A stretch of DNA of 63,776 nt, the filler included, from Candidatus Ancaeobacter aquaticus (GTDB lineage: Bacteria; Auribacterota; Ancaeobacteria; Ancaeobacterales; Ancaeobacteraceae): NCBI GenBank assembly GCA_030765405.1. It is 5 parts of 5 records of this genome, joined end to end, with 100 filler letters (N's around TTAATTAATTAA, not from the genome) between each part and the next. Parts side by side here need not be neighbours in the genome. Positions count along the whole stretch, not along the records: positions 37,199 to 51,959 come from JAVCCP010000047.1; 4 more parts are not named here. One strand, given 5' to 3'. The translations under genes and the position numbers were made by a program. This document shows positions 39,207 to 48,196 of the stretch, piece after piece (within the stretch, counting starts at the first letter, position 1; every line of letters starts with the position of its first letter). The notes under the pieces were generated by a model, which saw only the letters and a program-made list of their open reading frames with translations, searched no databases and was not told the origin of the DNA.

Positions 39207-39944
39207 TTATGTCACATTGTTTCTCAGTGAGTAGGGCACTTCAAGCCCATGAGAAATCATAAGCTCTTCATTTCTCATAATCGCATCAGAATTGCCGTCT
39301 GATATGATGCATCCGTTATCCAAAAGAATGACCCTATTACATACTTGCCGTATCATTTCAAGGTCATGTGAGGCAATTATTTTTGTATGTTTAAAGTTAT
39401 TGAGTAATGTTATGAGTTCTCTCCGTGATCGCGGGTCAAGATTGCTTGCCGGCTCGTCCAACACAAGAACATCAGGAGACATTGAAAGCACGGTAGCAAT
39501 TGACACCCTTTTTTTCTCCCCAAAACTCAAATGATGGGAAGGCCTGTCTATAGCACTTTCCATCGTTACTTCTCTTAAAGCCATGTGTACAGATTGTATA
39601 ACATCATCTTTATTGAGACCCATATTCAGCGGACCAAAACTAACATCGTCAAAAACAGTAGGCATAAAAAGCTGTGAATCAGGGTCCTGAAATACAAGTC
39701 CCACTTTTTTTCGGATCCTGGATTTATTCTTCTCTGAAACTTTCATACCACATATAGATACTTCACCGGTGCCCTGCAAAATTCCGTTCATATGCAGGAG
39801 CATGGTTGATTTTCCCGCGCCATTGGGCCCAATGACACCGAGCGTTTCATTCTCATACAGGTTAAATGATACGTCTTGCAGTGCTTTCGTCCCATCATGA
39901 TATAAAAAATTAACCTTGCTAAACGATACAACGCTTTTACTCAT
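39207..39944 (-). CDS. nikO: ECF transporter ATPase (NikO/CbiO)
   Basis: GPNGAGKST, VFQDPDSQLF, LSFGEKKR. Confidence 0.9.
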   Translation of the reverse strand: MSKSVVSFSKVNFLYHDGTKALQDVSFNLYENETLGVIGPNGAGKSTMLLHMNGILQGTGEVSICGMKVSEKNKSRIRKKVGLVFQDPDSQLFMPTVFDDVSFGPLNMGLNKDDVIQSVHMALREVTMESAIDRPSHHLSFGEKKRVSIATVLSMSPDVLVLDEPASNLDPRSRRELITLLNNFKHTKIIASHDLEMIRQVCNRVILLDNGCIISDGNSDAIMRNEELMISHGLEVPYSLRNNVT

Positions 39945-39957
39945 TACGGCTCCTGTT

Positions 39958-40725
39958 TTATGTCAATAGCTTGATCCCTGTTATAATGGACACGATTATA
40001 ATCATACTCATTGTATCACGAAAAGTAATGGCGCTTTCATTAATAGTTACTATATGCCCTTGAAATCCCCGCGCGCACATCGCGCAATACACGCTTTCAG
40101 ACCGTTCATAGCTTCGCACAAATAAGACTCCCAGCATATGCGCAAATGCCTTCCATTGAAACAGTATGTTTCTCCCGACAGTACGAGATTCTTTCGCAAT
40201 TTTCATTTTGTGAAGTTCATCGATGAGAACAAATATATAGCGATACATAAACGAGAGTATTGTAATAATTATATCCGGCACCTTTAATCGTTGGAACGCT
40301 TTGAGCAGGTCTGTAAAATGTGATGTCGAGATAAGCACACTCATAACAAGTATCGATAAAAACGCTTTTATAATAACGCCTGCAAACATTTCAAGGCCTT
40401 CCTGTGTTACCGAAACGGGAATGGTAAGAACGTTAAAGGTCAGTACCGGGACGCCCTGCTTCATAAATGGCACACTCAGCGCGATCAGAAAAACAAACGG
40501 TATGATGATCATGCATCGTTTGATCAAAGCAACAACCGGAAGATGCGCAATCAAAATAAGAGACATTATCAAAAAAGCATACAATAAGAAAGAAGGGTAC
40601 TTTTGCGGCGCGGTTGTAACGATACATACAATCAAATAGATGAACAATATGATCTTGAGACGCGGATCACACCTGTGCACACGACTATTTATGTCGCTGT
40701 ACATGTCAATAAATGCGTGATGCAT
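39958..40725 (-). CDS. nikQ: ECF transporter T component (NikQ/CbiQ)
   Basis: DPRLK, FMYRYIFVL, ERSESVYCAMCARG. Confidence 0.9.
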   Translation of the reverse strand: MHHAFIDMYSDINSRVHRCDPRLKIILFIYLIVCIVTTAPQKYPSFLLYAFLIMSLILIAHLPVVALIKRCMIIIPFVFLIALSVPFMKQGVPVLTFNVLTIPVSVTQEGLEMFAGVIIKAFLSILVMSVLISTSHFTDLLKAFQRLKVPDIIITILSFMYRYIFVLIDELHKMKIAKESRTVGRNILFQWKAFAHMLGVLFVRSYERSESVYCAMCARGFQGHIVTINESAITFRDTMSMIIIVSIITGIKLLT

Positions 40726-40731
40726 TTCTAT

Positions 40732-41031
40732 TTACCCTTTTTTTGCATTCGGTCTTTTCAACATGCGAGCAATACCATAAACAAGAAAGAACATTATTAA
40801 CGTCCCAAAAGCTCCTGCTGTTGCTGTGGCCATCCCTTCGCTTTTAATCCAGGGAAAAACGTAATCCGGTACAGGGGCGTATATTATCGGTTCTCTTTCA
40901 CCTTGCTCAATAAAACTTTTTTCTTCGGCCACTTTTTCCAAACCATCGGGCGATTCAGACGCAAAGGGCGAAAGAATAACCGCGCAGAAAAGTGCTATTA
41001 TAATCGCAACAAATATCTCTTTTTTACTCAT
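40732..41031 (-). CDS. nikN: PDGLE-domain protein (NikN)
   Basis: ASESPDGLEKVA, APVPDY. Confidence 0.9.
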   Translation of the reverse strand: MSKKEIFVAIIIALFCAVILSPFASESPDGLEKVAEEKSFIEQGEREPIIYAPVPDYVFPWIKSEGMATATAGAFGTLIMFFLVYGIARMLKRPNAKKG

Positions 41032-41677
41032 GTGGTGCCTCCCTCGTATTATATATCAAATCCGGCCTAACCTTTAAGACAAAACTTATGACCAGCATGG
41101 TAATAATCGCTTCTCCGATACCAATAAACGCATGGACAAAAAGCATTGCCGGCAAAACAACTTTAAAAGGCGACATTCCGGAAAGGGCAAGTTCAACAGC
41201 GCACAACCCTGATGCACACATAACTGATACCCATGCTGCTATTCCTGCAGCTATCAGTACTTTCTTGTTATTATTGAAGATTCGTAGCATTAAAAGGTAC
41301 ACACAATACCCCCCCATGGTACCTATAATAGACATATTAAAAATATTAGCACCAAGAGCGGTGAGTCCACCGTCCTGAAATACAATACACTGCACTATTA
41401 ATACACAGGACAACACAATGGCTGCCGCATACGGGCCGAGCAAAATTGCCGCGAGAACTCCGCCCAATAAATGTCCTGACGTTCCTCCAAGAACAGGAAA
41501 ATTCAACATTTGCGCAGCGAAAATGAAAGCTGCCATGACACCCATTAAAGGAACCACCTTGTCCTGCAGAACTTCTTTCGTCTTTCTAACGCAGTATGCG
41601 AGCCCTCCAAATGATAAAACCCACGTTGATACCCATGCTGGAGTCGATAAGAATCCATCTGGTATATGCATATACAC
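41024..41677 (-). CDS. nikM: ECF S component NikM/CbiM
   Basis: MHIPDG N-terminus, GTSGHLLGG, DGGLTALGAN. Confidence 0.93.
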   Translation of the reverse strand: MYMHIPDGFLSTPAWVSTWVLSFGGLAYCVRKTKEVLQDKVVPLMGVMAAFIFAAQMLNFPVLGGTSGHLLGGVLAAILLGPYAAAIVLSCVLIVQCIVFQDGGLTALGANIFNMSIIGTMGGYCVYLLMLRIFNNNKKVLIAAGIAAWVSVMCASGLCAVELALSGMSPFKVVLPAMLFVHAFIGIGEAIITMLVISFVLKVRPDLIYNTREAPHE

Positions 41678-41739
41678 CTCCTCATGTTTAATAAATTACT
41701 ATCTAATACTATTTATTCCTACTATTTCCCCTTTATATT

Positions 41740-41780
41740 CACCGCGTAGGTGGAACAGGGACTGTTCCACCTACGCGGTG
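41740..41780. repeat. Perfect 19-bp-stem hairpin made of two inverted REP-like units
   Basis: CACCGCGTAGGTGGAACAG-GGA-CTGTTCCACCTACGCGGTG. Confidence 0.85.
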
Positions 41781-41811
41781 GCGAAGCACGGGGGGAGGAT
41801 TAAACCTCTAA

Positions 41812-43284
41812 TTAAAAGTTTACCTGCGCGCGAGCACCATAAATCCATATCGTGTCGTGTTCAATCGCATCCGCGGCATTAGGATTCCATACCAGTTGAA
41901 AATTTGGTCCAAACTCAACAAAGTCATTAAACACCCACCGGTAATACATTTCAACATGCCCTTCATTCTTCCCTTTTCGCTCATAATCCGCTTTACGATA
42001 ATCTTTTCCTGGTATCAGCTGGCCAATAGCCATGCCAGCAGTATCGTCTTTACGGCCCCACATACCACCCTCCATATGAAAACCTGTACTCCATGAGTAT
42101 TGCACAATCGATGGACGCCTGTCCTGATTACCAAACCGCACAAACATGCCAATGTGCTCGGTTAGATACTGATCAAAACAAAGCCCCATACCCCAGTTCG
42201 TATCCTTATTAAAGTTGAGAAGATCGGGATTGTCCGGATCACGGGCAATATCGGCTTCTGAAGACAACCTCTGGTGATAACTGTCATTGTCCCATATGTA
42301 AAAACGATAGTTACCCTCTTTGTCAAAAAGCTTTGGTTTGATTGTTAGCTGAGCGATACTAAACAGGTTATCAGATATATTGTTCCAGTCCGCGTTACCG
42401 TCAAATGCGCCAAGGCTGAGTTCGCAATATTCGCACGGTTCAATGGCGGCAATAAGACCAATACTGTTATCTTCGGGAAATTCAAGCGCCGGATTGTTGC
42501 GAAATATGTCTGAGATGAATTGTCTGGTCTCGTCATTGGCAAACGCACAATTATCAAAAAATACCGACGTATCCATCTTACCGGTTAAAGCGGTGATCTT
42601 TTTGTCAAACCAGTATGTTTCAAGCCACAGCTCAGTCATCCTTATATTCGTATCATTATCAGCATCTCGGTTAACCCCGCTTAATACCGAAAGGTCCGGA
42701 TCAATACCCGCCCCCTCACCTCCTTCAAGATGCAAAAATGCAGCGCCAAAATCTTTAAAGTGCTTAAATAACATCATATCAAGTGATGCATTTATGTTAC
42801 GTGCTTCCTTCTTGTCCCGACCGCTTCTATTGGCATTATGCGTGCCCTGAAAAACTGCTGTACTGCCACCGCTGAATTCGAACCCCTGTATAGACAAACC
42901 GGGGCGACCTTTGTCTCTCATTGGAAGCATATCGCTCATCTCACCAAATTGCACGCGATGTATCTCCAGAGCCTTTGTAATATCCTTAATTTTGTGTGAA
43001 ACATTCGTAATTGTATTATACTGATTCTTTATTTCTTCCTTATGCTGACATACCGCTTTATCATGAGTACAAATTGTTGTTGAGATCATATCAAGCTCTC
43101 TTCGTTGCTTCGCCAGCATTGATTGCTGTGTTTTAATAAGCTCGTTTTGATGTTCGATCTTTTCCTCTAACATCTGCATCCGGGAATTCAACTTCTCAAG
43201 AGTTGCAGCAATGTTAGACTGTTTTGCATAAGCGCAATTTGAGGCAACGAATAACAATCCTATAATAATTATAACTTTCTTCAT
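41812..43284 (-). CDS. OprB-family (carbohydrate-porin-like) outer membrane porin with an N-terminal coiled coil
   Basis: Signal peptide, coiled coil, beta-strand pattern, WLETYWF...TGKMD..FFD, C-terminal Phe (ARAQVNF). Confidence 0.8.
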   Translation of the reverse strand: MKKVIIIIGLLFVASNCAYAKQSNIAATLEKLNSRMQMLEEKIEHQNELIKTQQSMLAKQRRELDMISTTICTHDKAVCQHKEEIKNQYNTITNVSHKIKDITKALEIHRVQFGEMSDMLPMRDKGRPGLSIQGFEFSGGSTAVFQGTHNANRSGRDKKEARNINASLDMMLFKHFKDFGAAFLHLEGGEGAGIDPDLSVLSGVNRDADNDTNIRMTELWLETYWFDKKITALTGKMDTSVFFDNCAFANDETRQFISDIFRNNPALEFPEDNSIGLIAAIEPCEYCELSLGAFDGNADWNNISDNLFSIAQLTIKPKLFDKEGNYRFYIWDNDSYHQRLSSEADIARDPDNPDLLNFNKDTNWGMGLCFDQYLTEHIGMFVRFGNQDRRPSIVQYSWSTGFHMEGGMWGRKDDTAGMAIGQLIPGKDYRKADYERKGKNEGHVEMYYRWVFNDFVEFGPNFQLVWNPNAADAIEHDTIWIYGARAQVNF

Positions 43285-43337
43285 ATATTGACTTATGCCT
43301 CCTTATACTATTTATTGCAATTTGTAGCTATTTATAT

Positions 43338-43352
43338 CCACCGACGCAGTGG
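43338..43352. repeat. REP-like palindrome CCACCGACGCAGTGG
   Basis: Variant of the units at 41740-41781 and 59016-59068. Confidence 0.6.
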
Positions 43353-43391
43353 GATAGGCGGTGTGGTTTAATAGCCGTAGAGTTTTATTAT

Positions 43392-43420
43392 CGTGCTACG
43401 TTATTTAAATATGTAACACG
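43392..43420. promoter_or_regulatory. NikR operator of the porin-nikMNQO operon
   Basis: CGTGCTAC-N13-GTAACACG; matches the GTGTTA-N15-TAACAC type. Confidence 0.8.
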
Positions 43421-43435
43421 AAGTGTTAAAAAAAA

Positions 43436-43849
43436 TTAGATGTCTTTACCTGTCGATGCCATACTCAAGGTACAGTGCTTTATCCCTTTTATTGATTTTA
43501 ATTTATGGACCAGATTTTGTGTATCGCGCGCATTGCCTTTTATCGCTAATATCTCCAGACAATTATTATGATCTAAGTGTATATGCTGAGTAGCCATGAT
43601 CAAGGTTTGAAAATCATGCTGTATACAGGTAATAGTATTTAAGAGCTCTCTCTTATGATGGTCATATATTAAGGTAATCGCTCCGGCAACTTCTTTATCA
43701 TGCTCCCATGATTCTTTGACGAGATCTTCACGAATGAGGTCACGCAACGCTTCAGATCGATTTTTGTAATTCTTATGCTCGATAAGCTCATCAAATCGTT
43801 TTATTAGATCTTTTTCTAATGAGACACCGAATCTATACAGTTCAGACAT
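43436..43849 (-). CDS. nikR: Nickel-responsive regulator NikR (start adjusted to MSELYRFGVSL)
   Basis: RHH domain RFGVSL...NRSEALRDL; YDHH; HIHLDHNNCLE. Confidence 0.96.
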   Translation of the reverse strand: MSELYRFGVSLEKDLIKRFDELIEHKNYKNRSEALRDLIREDLVKESWEHDKEVAGAITLIYDHHKRELLNTITCIQHDFQTLIMATQHIHLDHNNCLEILAIKGNARDTQNLVHKLKSIKGIKHCTLSMASTGKDI

Positions 43850-43859
43850 TGAGCTCTCC

Positions 43860-43886
43860 GTGTTACGAAAGTATAGAAAGTAACAC
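43860..43886. promoter_or_regulatory. NikR autoregulatory operator
   Basis: Perfect GTGTTAC-N13-GTAACAC, 11 bp upstream of the nikR start. Confidence 0.85.
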
Positions 43887-43906
43887 ATGTTATTTTCTGT
43901 GGCAAG

Positions 43907-44326
43907 TTATTTTTGAATTTTTTTTGTCATAGATAAGATATTCTTATTGTCTTTACGTCTATAGGAAAGATTATCCATAATATTTTTCACAAAATGTATC
44001 CCATATCCTCCAAGTTCACGGTCTTCGAGCTTTTTGTGTACGTCTGGACTCTCTACCGTGAGCGGATCAAAAGGATTCCCGTCATCTTCTACAATTATAC
44101 ATATTTCGCTATTAACCGTTTTAAGCTTTATAACGATATTGTGTTTTTCCTCATCACTATATCCATAGGTTATCGCATTAACAACAATCTCCTCAACTGC
44201 CAGATTGATATCATGCTCAAAATTCTCTAGTATATGGTGCTTTACACAAAATGCATGAAGCTTTTCTGTAAGCACATTAATCTCTTCAAGTTCATTTTTT
44301 ATAACAATATTTTCTCTATCTATCAC
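43907..44326 (-). CDS. RsbW-like anti-sigma factor / serine kinase (HATPase_c_2)
   Basis: LAVEEIVVNAITYGY, EDDGNPFDP, GGYGIHFV. Confidence 0.9.
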   Translation of the reverse strand: MIDRENIVIKNELEEINVLTEKLHAFCVKHHILENFEHDINLAVEEIVVNAITYGYSDEEKHNIVIKLKTVNSEICIIVEDDGNPFDPLTVESPDVHKKLEDRELGGYGIHFVKNIMDNLSYRRKDNKNILSMTKKIQK

Positions 44327-46259
44327 TTTTTACTCCTTCACTACTGCCGCAATATCTGAGTGCCATTAATGTAATATCATCGGCTTGCGGTGCACTTCCA
44401 GCAAACAGGGTAACATCCTCTAATATTTTATCCGCCATTTTTTTTGAGTCCATTTCATGGAATTTATTAACTTTATCTTTCAACCTTTCTTCACTGTAAT
44501 CTTCTTCTTTCTCATTTATCGCTTCGGTCACACCGTCAGTATACAGTAAAAGCACATCGCCCTCCCCTAACACTAATTCCGAAGATGTATACTTTGCTTC
44601 TTCAAATACGCCTGCAATAGTACCTTCAGTACTATTCATATATTCTGACGCACTACCTGATCGCACCAAAAGCGGTGGATTATGACCAGCGTTCACATAT
44701 CTGACCTTTCCTGATCTAATATCCAGCACTCCAAAGAAGAGTGTAATAAACATTGAGGAATCATTTTCCTTAATAAGCTCGGCATTTACCCTCTGAATTA
44801 ATTCGCCGGGATCATGCGTTACTTGCGCAAGAGTCTTAATAAGAATCTTACCAATAGCCATAAAGAGTGCGGCAGGAACACCTTTTCCCGAAACGTCACC
44901 TATCACAAAACACAGATGATCATCATCTATAAAATAGTAATCATAGAAATCTCCACCAACCTCGCGAGCTGATTGTAAGAGCGCAAACAGATCACATTCT
45001 TTTTTTTCAGGAAATGTTTCCGGCACAAAACCCATCTGTATCCTATGAGCAACGCGGAGCTCCCCTTCCATTCTTTCTTTTGCTATCGTAGTTTCTTTAA
45101 GATTTTGTATATACTCTTTAAGAGAAACTCTCATACTTTCAAAACATGATGTTAATAAACCGACCTCATCGCGGGACGTAATCTTGGGTAGGATAAAATC
45201 CAGGTTTCCTTGAGAGACATCTTGCGTTGTTTTAGCCAGGAGTCTCAATGGACGAGTAATCGCGCCAGATATAAGGATAATAATTATACCAAGCACTATA
45301 CAACCGATAACCGCTAGGCCTACATTCACTTTAGTCAGAGTATATATTGACGCCATTAATTCATCTTGCGGAAAAATAACGCCAAGCGCCCAACCGCTGG
45401 CAGGGATCGGGGCATATGCCAGCCAGTTCTTTTTGCGGGTGAGAGGATCGATTAATGGAATAAACCCCTCCTCACCGCGCACCATTTTCTGCCCAACCTC
45501 ATGTAACGCATCATTGTCCATTTCTCGTGCAATATCAAATATGGTTTTGCGCATTACCATATTTTCATGCGGATAAGTTACAAATTTTCCTTTTTTTGAT
45601 ATCAAAACAGCATACCCTGACTCAGCAATCTTTACTGATGATACAATTTTCTGGAGCCATGCAAGACAAATATCCGCTGTCACAACACCCATACATCTTC
45701 TTTTCCCATCAACATTTTTATAAAACGGTACCGAATACGTTGCCATAATAATGTTGCCACCGCCTTTATCGTAATACGGCTCACTCCACACAGGCTTCGC
45801 CTGATCTTTTGCATTGCGATACCACGGTTGATCAAAATAATTGTATTCACTTCCATCAAGAGATGTCGATACGACCTTGTCGCCTTCTTTGTAATAGTAT
45901 GGCGCGAAATACTTTTTTTGTGGATCAAAGGCATGGGGCTCAAAAGCTACTGTTGCCCCGAAAACCTCATTATTTTTTGTAACCGCAGAACGAAGCATCT
46001 CACTTATTTTTTCATTACTAAATGGTGCTTCTTCCAATAGGTATGCAAAATTTTCAGGTAGCTTTTCAACTCCCCGCAGTATTGATTCGATCTTGTTAAT
46101 AGTAAGATTCACGGTATCATCTGCATTCTCACGGATCTTTTCAGCGATCAGTTTTCTGGAATAATGATAATTGTAGCTCAATATAACGACAAAGATAATA
46201 GAACTCGAAATGAGAATTGAGGAAATAAGTTTAAATGTTATACTGTTTTTCATTTTCAT
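44316..46259 (-). CDS. dCache-HAMP-SpoIIE (PP2C) sensor phosphatase
   Basis: Two TMs, Cache (WSEPYYDKGGG), HAMP, EVGGDFYD, IGDVSGKG, YTDGVTEA, DDIT. Confidence 0.92.
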   Translation of the reverse strand: MKMKNSITFKLISSILISSSIIFVVILSYNYHYSRKLIAEKIRENADDTVNLTINKIESILRGVEKLPENFAYLLEEAPFSNEKISEMLRSAVTKNNEVFGATVAFEPHAFDPQKKYFAPYYYKEGDKVVSTSLDGSEYNYFDQPWYRNAKDQAKPVWSEPYYDKGGGNIIMATYSVPFYKNVDGKRRCMGVVTADICLAWLQKIVSSVKIAESGYAVLISKKGKFVTYPHENMVMRKTIFDIAREMDNDALHEVGQKMVRGEEGFIPLIDPLTRKKNWLAYAPIPASGWALGVIFPQDELMASIYTLTKVNVGLAVIGCIVLGIIIILISGAITRPLRLLAKTTQDVSQGNLDFILPKITSRDEVGLLTSCFESMRVSLKEYIQNLKETTIAKERMEGELRVAHRIQMGFVPETFPEKKECDLFALLQSAREVGGDFYDYYFIDDDHLCFVIGDVSGKGVPAALFMAIGKILIKTLAQVTHDPGELIQRVNAELIKENDSSMFITLFFGVLDIRSGKVRYVNAGHNPPLLVRSGSASEYMNSTEGTIAGVFEEAKYTSSELVLGEGDVLLLYTDGVTEAINEKEEDYSEERLKDKVNKFHEMDSKKMADKILEDVTLFAGSAPQADDITLMALRYCGSSEGVKSDR

Positions 46260-46283
46260 AGAATATTGCCTGTTATAACGCTC

Positions 46284-47999
46284 TTATTTTCTTACAATGT
46301 GACGGGTAGTAAACAGCTTCTGTAAAACTTTCCAAATGCCCAGATCTTCTTTTGCACGCATAATTGCGTCCCGCGCTTTTTCATCGCTCATTGACCTGGC
46401 AATAGCGGCAAGAATTTGTACCTGTACATCATCATCCTTCGGAACAAGGATCAAAAATATAAAATGTGTTGGTTTACCATCAGGTGAATCCCACTCAATA
46501 CCTTCTGGAGACCGTCCAAAAATAATGACCGGTCTCTGGATAAAATCCACTCGTGCATGCGGTATTGCTATCTCATCTTCTATCGCTGTTCCCATATCAT
46601 TTTCACGAACAAGAACAGTTTTAAATAAACTATCCACATCACCAATGCTTTCCTCAAAAGCCGCTTTTTCACAGAGTTCACGTATTGCAGCGTCTCTTTC
46701 ATCCGTTTTGAGCTCTCCGATAACCGCCCTGCGTGAGAAATACTCTAGCAAGCTCACTTCTTTTCTTTTTCGTATAGAATAATCTAGAAGAGGCCCAAGA
46801 ATAACGGTTGAAATAATCGCACCAAAAACTATCGCTTCAAATACGGGTTCAGATATAAGATTATGCTCAAGAGCCAACACACCGACAACAACTTGTATCG
46901 CACCACCGGGAATATGTGATATCGCAACTGTAAGCCTGTTTACTTTCGGTAATTTTGCAATCGATACTCCGATCCATGTACCAAAGAACCTCCCAAATGT
47001 GCCGACAACCGTAACAATGAGAACGAGAAACAGATCAAAGTTCTTAACAAAGTCGATCTTCAGACCAATACTCGCAAAGAAGAGCGGAACAAATACCGCA
47101 TACACCATTTGAGATATAACCTGGCGTGTTCGTTCGGATAACGCCTTTGCTTCACCGGCCATAACACCGGCAATAAAAAAACCAAATAATGCATGGATTC
47201 CGATCTTTTGTGTAATCGCACCGCACGCAAGACCTAAGAGGCAAATAAAGGTGAGTGACGATGCGGGTTCAGGCATTTGCTTTTCTCTGATCTTTGAAAT
47301 TGTATAGTTTGCGAATGTCCGGCCAACAGTCAAACATAACACGGTAAAACCAATTGCTGCACTCAACAGAAATACTATCTTTCCAAATGCCAGGTTTGCC
47401 TGAGTAAAGAAACCCAAAACTATGGTAAAAATAAGCCATCCAATAATGTCATTAACTGAAAGCGCTGACATAATTAAAAACCCTAAATCGGTTTTAGAAA
47501 GTTTCAGGTCATGCAATGCGCGGGCAACCGTAGGCAGAGCGGTAATTGCCATTACCGTGATCATAAAAAATGTAAATATCAGCCTCTGGTCAGGATTGAT
47601 CAAATAGCGGCTCGGCAGGAAATAAATAGGCAAAAATGCAATTGCCATCGGGACAATAATATCGGTTAAGGCGATCTTGAGCGCATCACCCCGCTGTCTC
47701 CACGCACTCGAAAAATCGATCTCAAGACCTATTTCAAGAAGAAGAAACAGCACACCCAGCCACGATACGGTCATTAACATACTTTGCTGAATAGGATCTA
47801 CAGGAAATATTATACTATGCAATTGCGGGAAATAACGCCCAAAAAGTGTCGGGCCAAGTACTACTCCTACGAGTATCTCCGCGGTCAGAGCCGGCTGTTT
47901 CCACCGACGGAACAGCTCACCCAGCCCACGAGCACACCCCAACAGTATAAATACCTGCACAAGAAAAAGCATTATGTTTTGTTCACTTAAAAACTGCAT
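46284..47999 (-). CDS. CPA2-type cation:proton antiporter fused to a PTS EIIA domain
   Basis: About 12 TM helices with LLLEIGLE and LSVNDIIG; C-terminal ENDMGTAIEDEIAIPHAR...WDSPDG. Confidence 0.88.
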   Translation of the reverse strand: MQFLSEQNIMLFLVQVFILLGCARGLGELFRRWKQPALTAEILVGVVLGPTLFGRYFPQLHSIIFPVDPIQQSMLMTVSWLGVLFLLLEIGLEIDFSSAWRQRGDALKIALTDIIVPMAIAFLPIYFLPSRYLINPDQRLIFTFFMITVMAITALPTVARALHDLKLSKTDLGFLIMSALSVNDIIGWLIFTIVLGFFTQANLAFGKIVFLLSAAIGFTVLCLTVGRTFANYTISKIREKQMPEPASSLTFICLLGLACGAITQKIGIHALFGFFIAGVMAGEAKALSERTRQVISQMVYAVFVPLFFASIGLKIDFVKNFDLFLVLIVTVVGTFGRFFGTWIGVSIAKLPKVNRLTVAISHIPGGAIQVVVGVLALEHNLISEPVFEAIVFGAIISTVILGPLLDYSIRKRKEVSLLEYFSRRAVIGELKTDERDAAIRELCEKAAFEESIGDVDSLFKTVLVRENDMGTAIEDEIAIPHARVDFIQRPVIIFGRSPEGIEWDSPDGKPTHFIFLILVPKDDDVQVQILAAIARSMSDEKARDAIMRAKEDLGIWKVLQKLFTTRHIVRK

Positions 48000-48196
48000 A
48001 CACGCCTGCTTATCGTTATTATCACATCTCTATTCGTGTAATTATATAGCGAAGAATGAAATCTTTAAAGCAAAAACTGTTTCATATTCACCCTCAGATA
48101 ATATCTCGTCAGTAAAGACTATTATGTATGTGTACATTTCTGTTATGTGTTATACTTATTATGTCTTTAAACAATTTACACGGGAACGTAGTTATT

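Noticed and set aside
41678..41811. Cobalamin riboswitch before the cbiM-like gene
   Set aside because: No B12-box seen; the structure is a REP-like hairpin, and NikR operators explain the regulation.
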